The notes under the pieces are model-generated. The model searched no databases. It worked only from the letters and a program-made list of their open reading frames with translations, and had not been told where the DNA came from. The translations under genes and the position numbers were made by a program. From Clostridia bacterium (lineage in GTDB: Bacteria > Bacillota > Clostridia > Oscillospirales > CAG-272): a DNA stretch of 64,000 nt. Location: positions 258,738 through 322,737 of the forward strand of contig JAFVQU010000020.1 of NCBI GenBank assembly GCA_017504625.1. The letters run 5' to 3'. Positions 47,866 through 58,033 of the stretch are shown piece by piece; positions within the stretch are counted from its first letter, which is position 1; each line of letters starts with the position of its first letter.

Positions 47866-47894
47866 TTGACAATAAAAGCATATTAAGTTATAAT
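47866..47894 (+). promoter_or_regulatory. SigA-type promoter, exact TTGACA-N17-TATAAT
   Basis: TTGACA at 47866-47871, a 17 nt spacer, and TATAAT at 47889-47894. Confidence 0.55.
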
Positions 47895-47950
47895 TATATG
47901 AGATAATCACGAATATGCAGATAAAAACGAGAATTAAGTGAGGATTTTTT

Positions 47951-49672
47951 ATGAGCAATAAGCTTCCTAACAAAAAAAGATTGAATAGAACTACCCCTTT
48001 TTTGGCTGACGTTAACGACCTCCTCTCCTATATTAAGGGACACGGCAACGAACGCTTGGCTTTCAAGTATTATGAGCTTGGAAAGCTTAAGGAAATGTCC
48101 TACGGTGAGTTTTACGATATGGCATGTCAGGTTTCCGCAGGCTTTGAAGCAATAGGTCTTGCAGGAAAAAGAGTTGCCGTTATCGGCGATACTTCTCCTC
48201 AGTGGTTGGCAACATATGTTGGCGCGCTTGCTTCGGGTACAGTTATAGTTCCTATGGATAAGGAGCTTATGGTTCCCGAGATCGAAAAGTTTATAGAGAG
48301 CGTTAACGTAGAGGCTGTCGTATATTCAAAGACCTTTAACGAAAAGTTTGCTAATATGATAGAGTCGCATCCTACCCTCAAGTGCTTTATTCCGATAACC
48401 GTTGACGAAAATCAGCAATCTGATAAGATACTTCCCTTTGCAACGCTTCTTGAAAATGGTCAGAAGGCAATTGATGAAGGATACGTGATCAAGCCCGTTG
48501 AGGACAGAGAGGCTATGTGCGAGATGCTCTTTACGTCCGGTACTACCGGTACAAGTAAGTGCGTTATGCTTTCGCAGAAAAACGTTTTTGCGGCGGCAAC
48601 CTCCGCTATGGCAACAGTATGGTTCTTCCCCGAGGACGTTCTCGTTTCGGTTCTTCCCGTTCATCATACGTACGAATTGATGTGTCTCTTGTCAGCTATG
48701 GCATTTGGTATGACGGTATGCATAAACGATTCGCTCCGTCACGTTCTCCAGAATTTCAAGAAGTTCCAGCCTACCGCTCTTGTTCTTGTGCCTATGTTCC
48801 TTACGACTATGTACAAGAGAATCTGGTCTGAGGCAGAGCGCACGGGCAAGGCAAAGACACTTAAAAACGCGATCAAGATTTCCAATGCATTAAGAAAAGT
48901 CGGTATTGATTTGAGAAGAACCCTCTTCAAGTCGGTTCTTGATGCGTTCGGTGGCAGACTTGACCATATCGTTTGCGGCGGAGCAAAGCTCAATCCTGAG
49001 CTTATTATGGCGTTTGAGGATATTGGAATTTCTGTATACGAAGGATTTGGAATTACCGAATGCTCTCCTCTTGTTTGCGTAACTCCTTACTACGATCGCA
49101 GACTTAATGCAATCGGTCCTAACGTTCCCTGCTGTGATACGAGAATCGATCCTAACGGTGAGGAAACTCCCGAGGGCTACGCTATGGGTGAAATTCAGGT
49201 CAAGGGCGACAATGTAATGCTTGGCTATTACAACAATCCCGATGCAAATGTTGATGCGTTCACCGAGGACGGCTGGTTCCGTACGGGTGACGTCGGATAC
49301 AAGGATCAGGACGGATATATCTACATTACCGGTAGAATCAAGTTCGTTATTGTTCTTGAGAACGGTAAAAACGTATTCCCCGAGGAAATTGAGGAATATC
49401 TTGAGGTTATTGATACAATAAGCGAGTGTTGTGTTATAGGACGCAAGAGTGAGGGCAGCGACGAGGTCGTGCTTACTGCGGTAATTTATCCCGACTATTC
49501 AAAGTTCCCCGCAAACGTTGACGAAGAAACGGTAAAGGATACCATCAAGAAGGCGATAAACGCAACTAACAAGAAGCTTCCCACATACAAGCAGATAAAG
49601 GCGATCGACATAAGAAAGACCGAGTTTGAGAAAACTACGACCAAGAAAATCAAGCGTCAGCTTGTAAAATAA
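47951..49672 (+). CDS. AMP-dependent synthetase, long-chain fatty acid--CoA ligase-like
   Basis: AMP-binding motif LFTSGTTGTSKCVMLSQKN, followed by GYGITE-like (EGFGITE), TGD and KR motifs. Confidence 0.85.
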   Translation: MSNKLPNKKRLNRTTPFLADVNDLLSYIKGHGNERLAFKYYELGKLKEMSYGEFYDMACQVSAGFEAIGLAGKRVAVIGDTSPQWLATYVGALASGTVIVPMDKELMVPEIEKFIESVNVEAVVYSKTFNEKFANMIESHPTLKCFIPITVDENQQSDKILPFATLLENGQKAIDEGYVIKPVEDREAMCEMLFTSGTTGTSKCVMLSQKNVFAAATSAMATVWFFPEDVLVSVLPVHHTYELMCLLSAMAFGMTVCINDSLRHVLQNFKKFQPTALVLVPMFLTTMYKRIWSEAERTGKAKTLKNAIKISNALRKVGIDLRRTLFKSVLDAFGGRLDHIVCGGAKLNPELIMAFEDIGISVYEGFGITECSPLVCVTPYYDRRLNAIGPNVPCCDTRIDPNGEETPEGYAMGEIQVKGDNVMLGYYNNPDANVDAFTEDGWFRTGDVGYKDQDGYIYITGRIKFVIVLENGKNVFPEEIEEYLEVIDTISECCVIGRKSEGSDEVVLTAVIYPDYSKFPANVDEETVKDTIKKAINATNKKLPTYKQIKAIDIRKTEFEKTTTKKIKRQLVK

Positions 49673-49674
49673 AA

Positions 49675-49715
49675 TAAAAAAGTCCTTCGGGAGAGATCCT
49701 GAAGGACTTTTTTTA
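49675..49715. terminator. Bidirectional rho-independent terminator
   Basis: Stem agtccttc (49681-49688) pairs with gaaggact (49701-49708), flanked by an A-run and a T-run. Confidence 0.8.
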
Positions 49716-50501
49716 TTTAATTGTTTTTGAAACAGATGATAATATTATTTCACCGTTGCATACCGTTCTTAACAAGTCAACGGCTCTTTTCATGCTTGAA
49801 CCGGTTGTAATCACGTCATCAATTATGACGATGTTTTTGTTTTCAAGTATAAGGCTTATGTCATCTCTGTTTTCAGTTATGGGAAAGCCAAGTAAATTGC
49901 GGTTTAATATTACCGATCTTTCGAGGTTGCTTTTTCTTTCTTCAACGTCAAGCAGCTTCTGTTCCTTGCCGCCTTTTCTCAGAAATATCGGATATGCTTT
50001 TTTACCGAAGATTTGGGCAAGCGCGGTTGCAAGCTCTCTGCCTTGATCAAATCCGTATTTTGAAATTGACTGCTTACGTCTTGGGATCCAGGTAAATACA
50101 AGTGAGTCACGGGAGATATTCTTGTTTTCAATTTCATCCATGATGTGCGGATAAAGCTCAAACGCGAGAAATTCGGTAAGCTCCCTGTTACGAATCCTTT
50201 TCAATGAATAGATTATTTTGTTTTGAACATTCTCGCTTTCAGGCTCGTAAAAGAACAATGAGGGAATACTTGTAAAATCGTTACGTAGCATTTTGGGAAC
50301 ACATTTGCACTTGTATGCGGGCATTGCGCAACGCGAGCATAACTCACCCGTTGCCTCAACCCACTTTTTATAACAGCTATGGCAAAGACATACTCTTTTA
50401 TGCGCTACAATTCTCTTGTCCGGAAAGGGTGAAAGCCTTTCGCCGCATGATGCGCATATCGGAACGAAGAGCAGTCTTCTTATAATTGTAAATATATTCA
50501 T
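49713..50501 (-). CDS. comFC: ComF family protein (ComFC-like phosphoribosyltransferase with N-terminal zinc ribbons)
   Basis: Cys pairs at the N-terminus (CASCGE, CHSC, CSRC) and the PRTase loop IIDDVITTGSSM. Confidence 0.85.
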   Translation of the reverse strand: MNIFTIIRRLLFVPICASCGERLSPFPDKRIVAHKRVCLCHSCYKKWVEATGELCSRCAMPAYKCKCVPKMLRNDFTSIPSLFFYEPESENVQNKIIYSLKRIRNRELTEFLAFELYPHIMDEIENKNISRDSLVFTWIPRRKQSISKYGFDQGRELATALAQIFGKKAYPIFLRKGGKEQKLLDVEERKSNLERSVILNRNLLGFPITENRDDISLILENKNIVIIDDVITTGSSMKRAVDLLRTVCNGEIILSSVSKTIK

Positions 50502-50581
50502 TATTCCCTCGGATGATTTATTTTAGAATATGATATTACGAAAGTAAAGCTCACAGCAATACAAAACCGTGCTGTGAGCTT

Positions 50582-50656
50582 TGGCACCCCCAACGGGAAT
50601 CGAACCCATAACTAACCCTTAGGAGGGGTTTATTATATCCATTTAACTATGGAGGC
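50582..50656 (-). tRNA. tRNA-Arg (anticodon CCT)
   Basis: Manual fold of the reverse complement GCCTCCA-TA-GTTA-AATGGATA-TAAT-A-AACCC-CTCCTAA-GGGTT-AGTT-ATGGG-TTCGATT-CCCGT-TGGGGGT-G-CCA. It is 75 nt with an encoded CCA. The anticodon loop is CT-CCT-AA. Confidence 0.85.
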
Positions 50657-50714
50657 GTGAGCCGCTTATAGCGGCAACATTGGTATTATATCACAATTAC
50701 TTCTAATTTTCAAG

Positions 50715-51299
50715 TCAAATCGGATCTTTTTCAAAAAAATCTTTTCTTGTTATCGCGCAAACTCCTATATCCTTATAGTCACCTTTTATAAGCATTGCGC
50801 CACGCATTATCCCCTCAAATTTCATGCCGTTTTTCTCCATCACTCTGCGTGATGCATCATTTCCCTCAATAAAGCGGCACTCAATACGGTTCAGCATAAG
50901 ATTTTCAAAGCCGTACTTAATAACTCTGCCGACGACCTCAGTAGCAATTCCCTGTCCGTGATATTCGGGGTTAATAACATAACCTATTTCGGCAAAATCA
51001 TTTTTGAGATCGAGTCGGGTAAATCCGCACGTGCCGATCATTTTGCCCGAATCCTTGCACACGATCGCCCAATCGTAAAATTCACCCGCCTTGTACCTTG
51101 TTTGAAGATACGTAAGATATTCAAGCGTAAAAGCCTTGTCCTTGTGTGGTGACCAAGTGAGAAATCTTGTTACGCCTGCATCCTTTGCGTATTCGTACAT
51201 ATCGTCGGTATCGTCAAGCGATAGCTTTCTCAAAATAAATCTGTCGGTCGTGAGAATCGGCATTTCGGAGAAAATACGGCATATATTTTCCTTTTTCAT
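50715..51299 (-). CDS. GNAT-family N-acetyltransferase (RimJ/RimL-like)
   Basis: Acetyl-CoA binding region GQGIATEV and the overall RimJ-like layout. Confidence 0.85.
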   Translation of the reverse strand: MKKENICRIFSEMPILTTDRFILRKLSLDDTDDMYEYAKDAGVTRFLTWSPHKDKAFTLEYLTYLQTRYKAGEFYDWAIVCKDSGKMIGTCGFTRLDLKNDFAEIGYVINPEYHGQGIATEVVGRVIKYGFENLMLNRIECRFIEGNDASRRVMEKNGMKFEGIMRGAMLIKGDYKDIGVCAITRKDFFEKDPI

Positions 51300-51397
51300 T
51301 AATCTTCACCGCCTTGTAGTCATGATACTATTATATACCATTATGCATACATTTTCAAGTAAATTTTGGTATTGATGTAAATTTTTCGTTCCATCCC

Positions 51398-51425
51398 TTG
51401 AAAAAGGCAAAATATATGTTATAAT
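51398..51425 (+). promoter_or_regulatory. SigA-type promoter TTGAAA-N16-TATAAT
   Basis: TTGAAA at 51398-51403, a 16 nt spacer, and TATAAT at 51420-51425. Confidence 0.4.
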
Positions 51426-51456
51426 ATTCTTATTATTAGAAGTATTAAGGTGCAAA

Positions 51457-51822
51457 ATGTTTTATCACTGTAACGATTATCTTGTGCCCGTATTAATAGG
51501 GGATATTAAACAAATCAAGCCGTATGCATCGGCAATTTTAAAAAAGAAAAAAGCGAGACCGCATATTTTCGGTAATAGCTTTTCCCTTTTTTCAAAAATG
51601 AGATATTACTGTCATAAGGTAATGCCGTCCGGAGATTTTTGGTTGTTCGCTGCGTTGTGCGATTTCTCAGCAGGACTTGATGATTACTACACACCTGCAA
51701 TTATTTTATGCGGAGAGCATGACACGGATATTTATAGTAAATTCGGCGAAGAGCTTGAAAAAAGATTTTTAGTGATAAAATTTGAAGATTACATGAATAA
51801 CGAAGGAGAGTTAAGTGAATGA
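51457..51822 (+). CDS. Hypothetical 121 aa protein translationally coupled to murE
   Basis: AAGGTG RBS at 51447-51452. The stop overlaps the murE ATG as ATGA. No recognisable motif. Confidence 0.5.
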   Translation: MFYHCNDYLVPVLIGDIKQIKPYASAILKKKKARPHIFGNSFSLFSKMRYYCHKVMPSGDFWLFAALCDFSAGLDDYYTPAIILCGEHDTDIYSKFGEELEKRFLVIKFEDYMNNEGELSE

Positions 51823-53369
51823 CGATACGCGATATACTTGAACAAATAGACGTTGTATCGTCTTATATATCTCCCAAGGGTGAGCGACATCGCATTTTGT
51901 CATTGTGCCACGATTCACGCAGAGCAACTCCGCAGAGCCTTTTTTTCTGTAAAAGCGGTGCGGTTGTTGACGGACATGCCTTTGCTTCTCATGCGTACAA
52001 TAACGGCGCGAGATTATTTATTGCCGAGCGTGAGCTTGATCTTCCCAAGGATGCCTCGGTCATTATAGTACCAAATGCTCAAGAGACCTTATCTAAGCTT
52101 GCAGTATGGTTTTACGGCAATCCCGCAAAGTCCTTGAGGCTTATAGGAATTACAGGCACAAAGGGCAAAACTACCATAGCGCTTTCGGTTTATTCAATTG
52201 CGGAATCTGTTGGCAAAAAAATAGGATATATCGGTACAAACGGAGTTTATTACAACGGGCAGCGACTTGAAACCGCAAACACGACTCCGGACGTTCTTGA
52301 AATGCAGAAAATACTTCGTCAGATGGCAGACTCGGGAATAGATACGGTAGTAATTGAGGTTTCATCTCAGGCACTCTGGCAAGAACGAACCTACGGCTTA
52401 ACGTTTGATACGGTAGCATTTACAAATCTTTACGAGGATCATATCGGCGGTGTTGAGCACCCCACGTTTGAGCATTACAAAAAATCCAAAAAGCTTTTGT
52501 TTTCTGAATATAACGCTAAAAACATAGTTGTCAATTCCGACTCTCAGTATGCGAAATATATGCTTAAGGGAGTTGAATGTGATAACATCATAACCACCTC
52601 GGCAAAGGGTAAAAAAGGCTGTACTATATATGCGAAAAATACAACTAAAACAAGCAATGGAATAATACCCGGCGTATCATTTACCTGCTGTGGAGATATA
52701 TGCGGAGACCGACTTGACGTATTTATGCGCAAACCAGGTCTACATAACGTCGAAAATGGACTTGTTACGATTGGAATTTGTTCGTTGCTTGGAATTGAGG
52801 CGGCGATTGTTGCCAACGCCTTTGCAACTGTTTCGGTCCCGGGAAGATTTGAGGTGGTGACGCTTGAATCACGTCCCAATTCTCTTTTCGTGATTGATTA
52901 CGCACATAACGGTGCAAGTCTTACAGCAGTTCTTAAAACCTTGCGTGAATACGAGCCGAGTCGTATTATTTGCCTTTTCGGGAGCGTTGGAGGAAGAACC
53001 TTTGGCAGACGTCACGAGCTTGGTGTTGCCGCAAAAGATGGCGCGGATGTTCTTATCATTACTTCGGACAATCCCAATAATGAAGAGCCAATGTCGGTAA
53101 TTAAGGATATAGCTTGTGCGGTCGGCGAGTGTGAAAAGCCCGTATATCTTATTCCTGATCGTGAAGAAGCTATAAAAAAGGCGGTAAGTCTTGCATCTGA
53201 CGGAGATTTTGTTCTGCTTGCAGGTAAGGGACATGAAACGTATCAGCTTATATGCGGCGAGAGAATTCCCTTTTCTGAAAAGGAGATCCTTGAGCATTGT
53301 GACAGGCTGAATATGCTTGATGGAGACATACAGCCACTAAACTCCAAAGAGCCTGTGCCGATTGTTTGA
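51819..53369 (+). CDS. murE: UDP-N-acetylmuramoyl-L-alanyl-D-glutamate--2,6-diaminopimelate ligase
   Basis: GITGTKGKTT and the Mur ligase middle and C-terminal domains. A DNPN motif (SDNPNNE) is present. Confidence 0.92.
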   Translation: MTIRDILEQIDVVSSYISPKGERHRILSLCHDSRRATPQSLFFCKSGAVVDGHAFASHAYNNGARLFIAERELDLPKDASVIIVPNAQETLSKLAVWFYGNPAKSLRLIGITGTKGKTTIALSVYSIAESVGKKIGYIGTNGVYYNGQRLETANTTPDVLEMQKILRQMADSGIDTVVIEVSSQALWQERTYGLTFDTVAFTNLYEDHIGGVEHPTFEHYKKSKKLLFSEYNAKNIVVNSDSQYAKYMLKGVECDNIITTSAKGKKGCTIYAKNTTKTSNGIIPGVSFTCCGDICGDRLDVFMRKPGLHNVENGLVTIGICSLLGIEAAIVANAFATVSVPGRFEVVTLESRPNSLFVIDYAHNGASLTAVLKTLREYEPSRIICLFGSVGGRTFGRRHELGVAAKDGADVLIITSDNPNNEEPMSVIKDIACAVGECEKPVYLIPDREEAIKKAVSLASDGDFVLLAGKGHETYQLICGERIPFSEKEILEHCDRLNMLDGDIQPLNSKEPVPIV

Positions 53370-53382
53370 TTATATTAATAAT

Positions 53383-53419
53383 AAACCCCGACAGATCAAT
53401 TCTGTCGGGGGCTTTTTTT
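53383..53419. terminator. Bidirectional rho-independent terminator
   Basis: Stem ccccgacag (53385-53393) pairs with ctgtcgggg (53401-53409), followed by a T-run at 53412-53418. Confidence 0.8.
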
Positions 53420-54224
53420 ATTTGAGATTTTTGCGGGCAAACATTTTGATACCAAGCAAAACACTTCCTGCCGTTAATCCGATTGGTGCGATCAAAATAT
53501 AGATCACATCTTTAAGAGTGTATGCCGTACCCAAGCCAATTCCCGCTGAGGTGTAAATATTGAGAGCATTTATAAACTCAACTATGCCATATGCCTTACT
53601 TGCAGGATCAAGAAACGCGCCTGCGACCTGGAAGATTGCGCCCACGATAGACGATCCAAAGGAAACAGCAAGATAAAGAAGAATGCAGATTCCTATATTT
53701 TTAGCAAGTGTTGCTACAAAGGTAACAACGGCGGAAATTGCGAAATAAACGATCATCTCAAACAAGAGGGATGCCATAAGATAGCCAAGATCCGCAAGAG
53801 TAAACGCAGTATCCTGATATGAGAAGAAGCAAAGCGAAACACCGAGCGTTAAAAGTCCGTGCAAAAGCATAACGGTACACGTAACCGTTGCCGCGGAAAG
53901 TAAATGAGAGATGAAGATCACTGATCTTGATTTCCCGCTTATGATCTTATTACGTACAGTTCCCTGACTGAAATCTTTACAAACGACTATGGCAATAAGG
54001 ATAGGCATAATAAAGCCAAGATTATCACTGGGAACATATGCGGTAAACAGCATTGATTTCGCATTTACAACGGTTCCGAGCATATCACCCATATCAAGAA
54101 TTTCAAAAAGAACCTTGTTTAAAACAGGATTGATAAGCGCAAACACACCCGCAAGGATACACGTGACTAAAAACAATTTATCCTTAAGAATACGCTTAAG
54201 GTCGGTAACGTACAAATTACGCAC
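53418..54224 (-). CDS. ABC-2 type transporter permease
   Basis: Six-TM layout, overlapping the ATPase gene. The listed GTG at 54233 abuts AGGAGG (54234-54239), so GTG at 54224 (9 nt spacing) is the likelier start. Confidence 0.7.
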   Translation of the reverse strand: MRNLYVTDLKRILKDKLFLVTCILAGVFALINPVLNKVLFEILDMGDMLGTVVNAKSMLFTAYVPSDNLGFIMPILIAIVVCKDFSQGTVRNKIISGKSRSVIFISHLLSAATVTCTVMLLHGLLTLGVSLCFFSYQDTAFTLADLGYLMASLLFEMIVYFAISAVVTFVATLAKNIGICILLYLAVSFGSSIVGAIFQVAGAFLDPASKAYGIVEFINALNIYTSAGIGLGTAYTLKDVIYILIAPIGLTAGSVLLGIKMFARKNLK

Positions 54225-55140
54225 GGTGTCCACCTCCTGTCATGGAAAGATAATATTCTTCAATACTTGATCGATGGGTATTTACTGATGTAATCGTAAT
54301 TCCCGCGTTGATGATCTTGCCAAGAACTTCGTTGATATCTACTTCTCCCTCAATGCGAATACCGTCGTCAAGAGGTGTTATCAAAGCATCTTTGCATTCC
54401 GCGTTAATCAATGTGATAAGTGAGTCGCGGTCGGTAGTTCTGATAAACATAATGTGACGGCATACACCCTCAAGCTCCTCCGCGGATATTTCCTGCAAAA
54501 TCTTGCCGTGTGATATAATGCCGTATCGGGTTGCAACGAGCGCAAGCTCTGTTAATATGTGCGATGAGATCAGGAACGTAATTCCCATATCCTTGTTAAG
54601 ATGCAAGATAAGCTCGCGGATCTCAACGATGCCGGCGGGATCAAGACCGTTCATAGGCTCATCAAGAATAATGAATTCGGGATTGCCAAGCAATGCCATG
54701 GCAATGCCGAGTCTTTGACGCATTCCAAGCGAGAAATCTCCTGCGTGCTTTTTGCTTTCCCAAAGCTCGCCAAGTCCGACGGTCATAAGAGTGGACTTGC
54801 ATTTTTCCTCATCACGAATTCCGAGTATTCCGCTTTGCATAAGAAGATTGTCCTTGGCAGACATGTTGAGATAAATTGACGGAGATTCAACGATCGCGCC
54901 TATTTTGGCACGCGCGTCACGGATTGAGGGATCGCTGTCATTTACTCCAAGCAGAGTGAATTCTCCACTGTCTGCGTAGATTAGACCTGTAATTAAGCGG
55001 ATAACTGTCGTTTTTCCCGATCCGTTTTCGCCGACAAATCCGTATATATCACCGCGTCTTATGTTCATTGTAACACCGTTCAATACGCGATTGCTCTTGT
55101 AGCTTTTGGTAATTTCTTTGGTTTGTAATACGTATTCCAT
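54217..55140 (-). CDS. ABC transporter ATP-binding protein
   Basis: Walker A GENGSGKTT, signature FSLGMRQR, and Walker B FIILDEP. Confidence 0.9.
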   Translation of the reverse strand: MEYVLQTKEITKSYKSNRVLNGVTMNIRRGDIYGFVGENGSGKTTVIRLITGLIYADSGEFTLLGVNDSDPSIRDARAKIGAIVESPSIYLNMSAKDNLLMQSGILGIRDEEKCKSTLMTVGLGELWESKKHAGDFSLGMRQRLGIAMALLGNPEFIILDEPMNGLDPAGIVEIRELILHLNKDMGITFLISSHILTELALVATRYGIISHGKILQEISAEELEGVCRHIMFIRTTDRDSLITLINAECKDALITPLDDGIRIEGEVDINEVLGKIINAGITITSVNTHRSSIEEYYLSMTGGGHRA

Positions 55141-55170
55141 AAAACTGATCCTTTCACATTATTGAATATA

Positions 55171-56196
55171 TTAACAGCTCTCGTCGATAAGTCGACTGAT
55201 AATATCCTCTATTTCCGCTGTGCTGTGAGATTTCATTATCGAATTACGAACTGAAGCGGCAGAACGAACACCCTTTATATACATTACGGCGTGTTTTTTT
55301 ATCTCTGCTCCGCCGGTTATCTCTCCCTTGTCGCTACATATCATTCTGATGTGTCTGACACATGCTTCAAGCCTATCGTTGAGTGTTGGCTGTAAGTATT
55401 CCTCACCGTCAAGATATGATGAGATCTCCTCAAATATCCAAGGGTTTCCAATCGCGCCTCGACCGATCATAATGCCGTCACAGCCCGTTTTATCTATCAT
55501 ACTGACGGCATCCGCAGCGGATAATATATCTCCGTTTCCAATGACCGGTATCTTGACAGCACTCTTGACCTTTTCAATAATTTTAAGGTCTATACCGGGA
55601 TTATACATTTGTTCACGTGTTCTTGCATGAACGCAGATGAGCGATGCTCCTGCATCCTCAAGGATTTTAGCCATTTCAGGAGCATTTTTGCTCTCGCTAT
55701 CCCATCCTGCTCGTATCTTGACGGTAACGGGGATATTTTTTAACGATTTTGCGGTGGCGTTGACGATATTTGCGGCAAGCGCGGGATTTTTCATAAGCGC
55801 GCTTCCCTCTCCGTTGCCGACTATCTTGTGCATCGGACAACCCATATTTATATCTATTGCTGTGGGTAGCGTAGAGGCGGTGCATCTTTTATATGAACGC
55901 TCCTCGATCATTTTGGCCGCCTCTGCAACGTATTGCGGTTCGCTCCCAAAGAGCTGAATTGCCATGGGCAATTCGTTGCTGTCGAGTCTGCACAGAGTTG
56001 CGGTTTTGTATGCTTCGTCGCTATTCTTTTTTGAGATCTGCTCATAACAAAGCGCCTTTGCCGACACCATTTCGCTCACCGTATATTCCGCGCCGTGCTC
56101 ACGGCAGATTGCCCTGAAAGAGTAGTCAGTAAAGCCCGCCATAGGCGCTAAAAAAAGCCCGTGCTTAAGCGTTGTATTTCCAATCTTTATGCTCAT
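55171..56196 (-). CDS. dusB: tRNA dihydrouridine synthase
   Basis: LAPMAGFTD, DINMGCP, and the catalytic Cys context. Confidence 0.9.
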   Translation of the reverse strand: MSIKIGNTTLKHGLFLAPMAGFTDYSFRAICREHGAEYTVSEMVSAKALCYEQISKKNSDEAYKTATLCRLDSNELPMAIQLFGSEPQYVAEAAKMIEERSYKRCTASTLPTAIDINMGCPMHKIVGNGEGSALMKNPALAANIVNATAKSLKNIPVTVKIRAGWDSESKNAPEMAKILEDAGASLICVHARTREQMYNPGIDLKIIEKVKSAVKIPVIGNGDILSAADAVSMIDKTGCDGIMIGRGAIGNPWIFEEISSYLDGEEYLQPTLNDRLEACVRHIRMICSDKGEITGGAEIKKHAVMYIKGVRSAASVRNSIMKSHSTAEIEDIISRLIDESC

Positions 56197-56307
56197 TTTG
56201 ACTCCGTAAATTTAATATACTTATATTTTAGCATTTATACGTTTTTTTGTCAAGTGATATATATTCTCCGGTCTGCTCATATAATTTATAGAAACGGAGG
56301 AAAAATT

Positions 56308-57159
56308 ATGAAGGATCTTGCATTTTATGACGGATATTCTTCTGAAATAGACAATATGACTATTCCTTTTTGCGACAGGGCTCATTTTTTTGGCGATGGC
56401 GTGTACGAGGTCGCGATGGCACGCAATTATACTATTTATGCACTTGACGAGCATATTGAGAGATTTTACGCCTCTGCCGATGCTCTTAAAATCAATATTG
56501 CATACAGTAAGGACGAGCTTTCGTCACTGATCTGCTCGCTTGTTAGAAGGCTGGATTCTGATGAGCAAAGTGTTTATTGGCAGGTGACGCGGAGATATGG
56601 CGACGAGGCACGTGAGCATACTTATTCGGAAGGCGCACAAGGTAAGCTTTGGGTGATGCTTCGCCCATCAAAGATAAAAGATATTTATAACCCTGTAAAA
56701 GCAATAACCTTGCCTGATACAAGATGGCATCACTGTAATATCAAGTCGATAAATCTCATTCCCGCGGTCATGTATGCACAAAAAGCTAAAGAACAAGGTG
56801 CATACGAGGCAATACTTTACCGAAAGGGTGGCAGAGTGACCGAATGCTCGCATTCAAACGTACATATTATAACATCAAACGGCGTATTCAAGACCGCGCC
56901 CGCAGACAATATGATACTTGCGGGAATTGCGCGGAGTCACTTGATCTCTGCGTGCCGCTCGCTTGGAATTGAAGTCGACGAATCTCCTTTTACGATTGAT
57001 GAGATGATGAATGCAGAGGAAATTATTCTTTCATCTACAAGCGGAATGTGTATGGTCTGCGATAGCATTGACGGCAAATCGGTAGGAGGAAAAAATAAAG
57101 CTATTGCAGACGCTATTCGTCATTGGGTTATGACTGATTTTATTGAGAAAACGAGCTAA
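56308..57159 (+). CDS. Class IV aminotransferase (D-amino acid aminotransferase-like)
   Basis: Fold-type IV blocks FGDGVYEV, CNIKSINL and ECSHSNV. ATG 56308 has GGAGG at 56296-56300. Confidence 0.8.
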   Translation: MKDLAFYDGYSSEIDNMTIPFCDRAHFFGDGVYEVAMARNYTIYALDEHIERFYASADALKINIAYSKDELSSLICSLVRRLDSDEQSVYWQVTRRYGDEAREHTYSEGAQGKLWVMLRPSKIKDIYNPVKAITLPDTRWHHCNIKSINLIPAVMYAQKAKEQGAYEAILYRKGGRVTECSHSNVHIITSNGVFKTAPADNMILAGIARSHLISACRSLGIEVDESPFTIDEMMNAEEIILSSTSGMCMVCDSIDGKSVGGKNKAIADAIRHWVMTDFIEKTS

Positions 57160-57180
57160 TATATAAGAAAAACGCCGCAT

Positions 57181-57915
57181 TTACGGCGTTTTAATGAACA
57201 TATTATTATTTTCTACAAGATCGTTCACGATCTCGCCTGCCATTATAAGTCCTACGACCGACGGAACGAATGAAAGGCTTCCGGGTATTGCTTTTCCGCT
57301 TTCAGAGTCAACAACCCCGCTTTTGATCGGTTCTTCCTTTGAATAGACGACCTTGTAGTTTTTGATGCCGCGCGCCTTTAATTCTCTGCGCATTACGCGT
57401 GCAAGCGGACAGACGGTCGTATCCGCAATATCTGCCACCTCAAAGCGAGTCGGATCGGTCTTGTTTCCTGCGCCCATAGCCGAAATTACGGGAACCTCAA
57501 GCTTGTATGCCCGTTCAGCAATCTCAAGCTTTGCCGCGACGGTGTCTACTGCATCGGCGATATAATCATAATTTGATAAGTCAAATTCATCAGCATTTTC
57601 CGACAGATAAAAGACGTTGTGTGCGGTGATATTGCAATCGGGATTAATATCGAGCATTCTCTCCTTCATAACGTCGACCTTTGCTCTGCCTACGGTTGAG
57701 TGAAGCGCGATTATTTGTCTGTTTATATTCGAAACAGACACACTGTCGCGGTCAAAAATATCAATACTGCCAACACCTGCGCGGCAAAGTGCCTCGCAGA
57801 TATATCCGCCGACTCCGCCGACTCCGAATACGGCTACTCTTGATTTTTTCAGTTTATCAATCGCATCCTCACCGTATATATAGGCGGTGCGTGAAAATTC
57901 TTCTTTTATAGGCAT
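57181..57915 (-). CDS. tcdA: tRNA threonylcarbamoyladenosine dehydratase (ThiF/E1-like)
   Basis: FGVGGVGG Rossmann loop, a size of 244 aa, and TcdA/CsdL-like blocks (SNINRQ, DAVD). Confidence 0.8.
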   Translation of the reverse strand: MPIKEEFSRTAYIYGEDAIDKLKKSRVAVFGVGGVGGYICEALCRAGVGSIDIFDRDSVSVSNINRQIIALHSTVGRAKVDVMKERMLDINPDCNITAHNVFYLSENADEFDLSNYDYIADAVDTVAAKLEIAERAYKLEVPVISAMGAGNKTDPTRFEVADIADTTVCPLARVMRRELKARGIKNYKVVYSKEEPIKSGVVDSESGKAIPGSLSFVPSVVGLIMAGEIVNDLVENNNMFIKTP

Positions 57916-58033
57916 AGGGCATTCCCTTTCGTTTTTCTTTTCTTCATTTTAGCACATATTTTTCAAAATATCAAGCCGTCTATTTACAAAAAATCGAAAT
58001 TGGTGTATAATTATCTCATAAATATTTGGAGTT

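Noticed and set aside
50502-51299. tRNA-Arg(CCT) as an integration hotspot, with the adjacent GNAT gene as island cargo.
   Set aside because: No integrase, no direct repeat of the tRNA 3-prime end that I could find by eye, and no obvious compositional break. A GNAT gene next to a tRNA is unremarkable.
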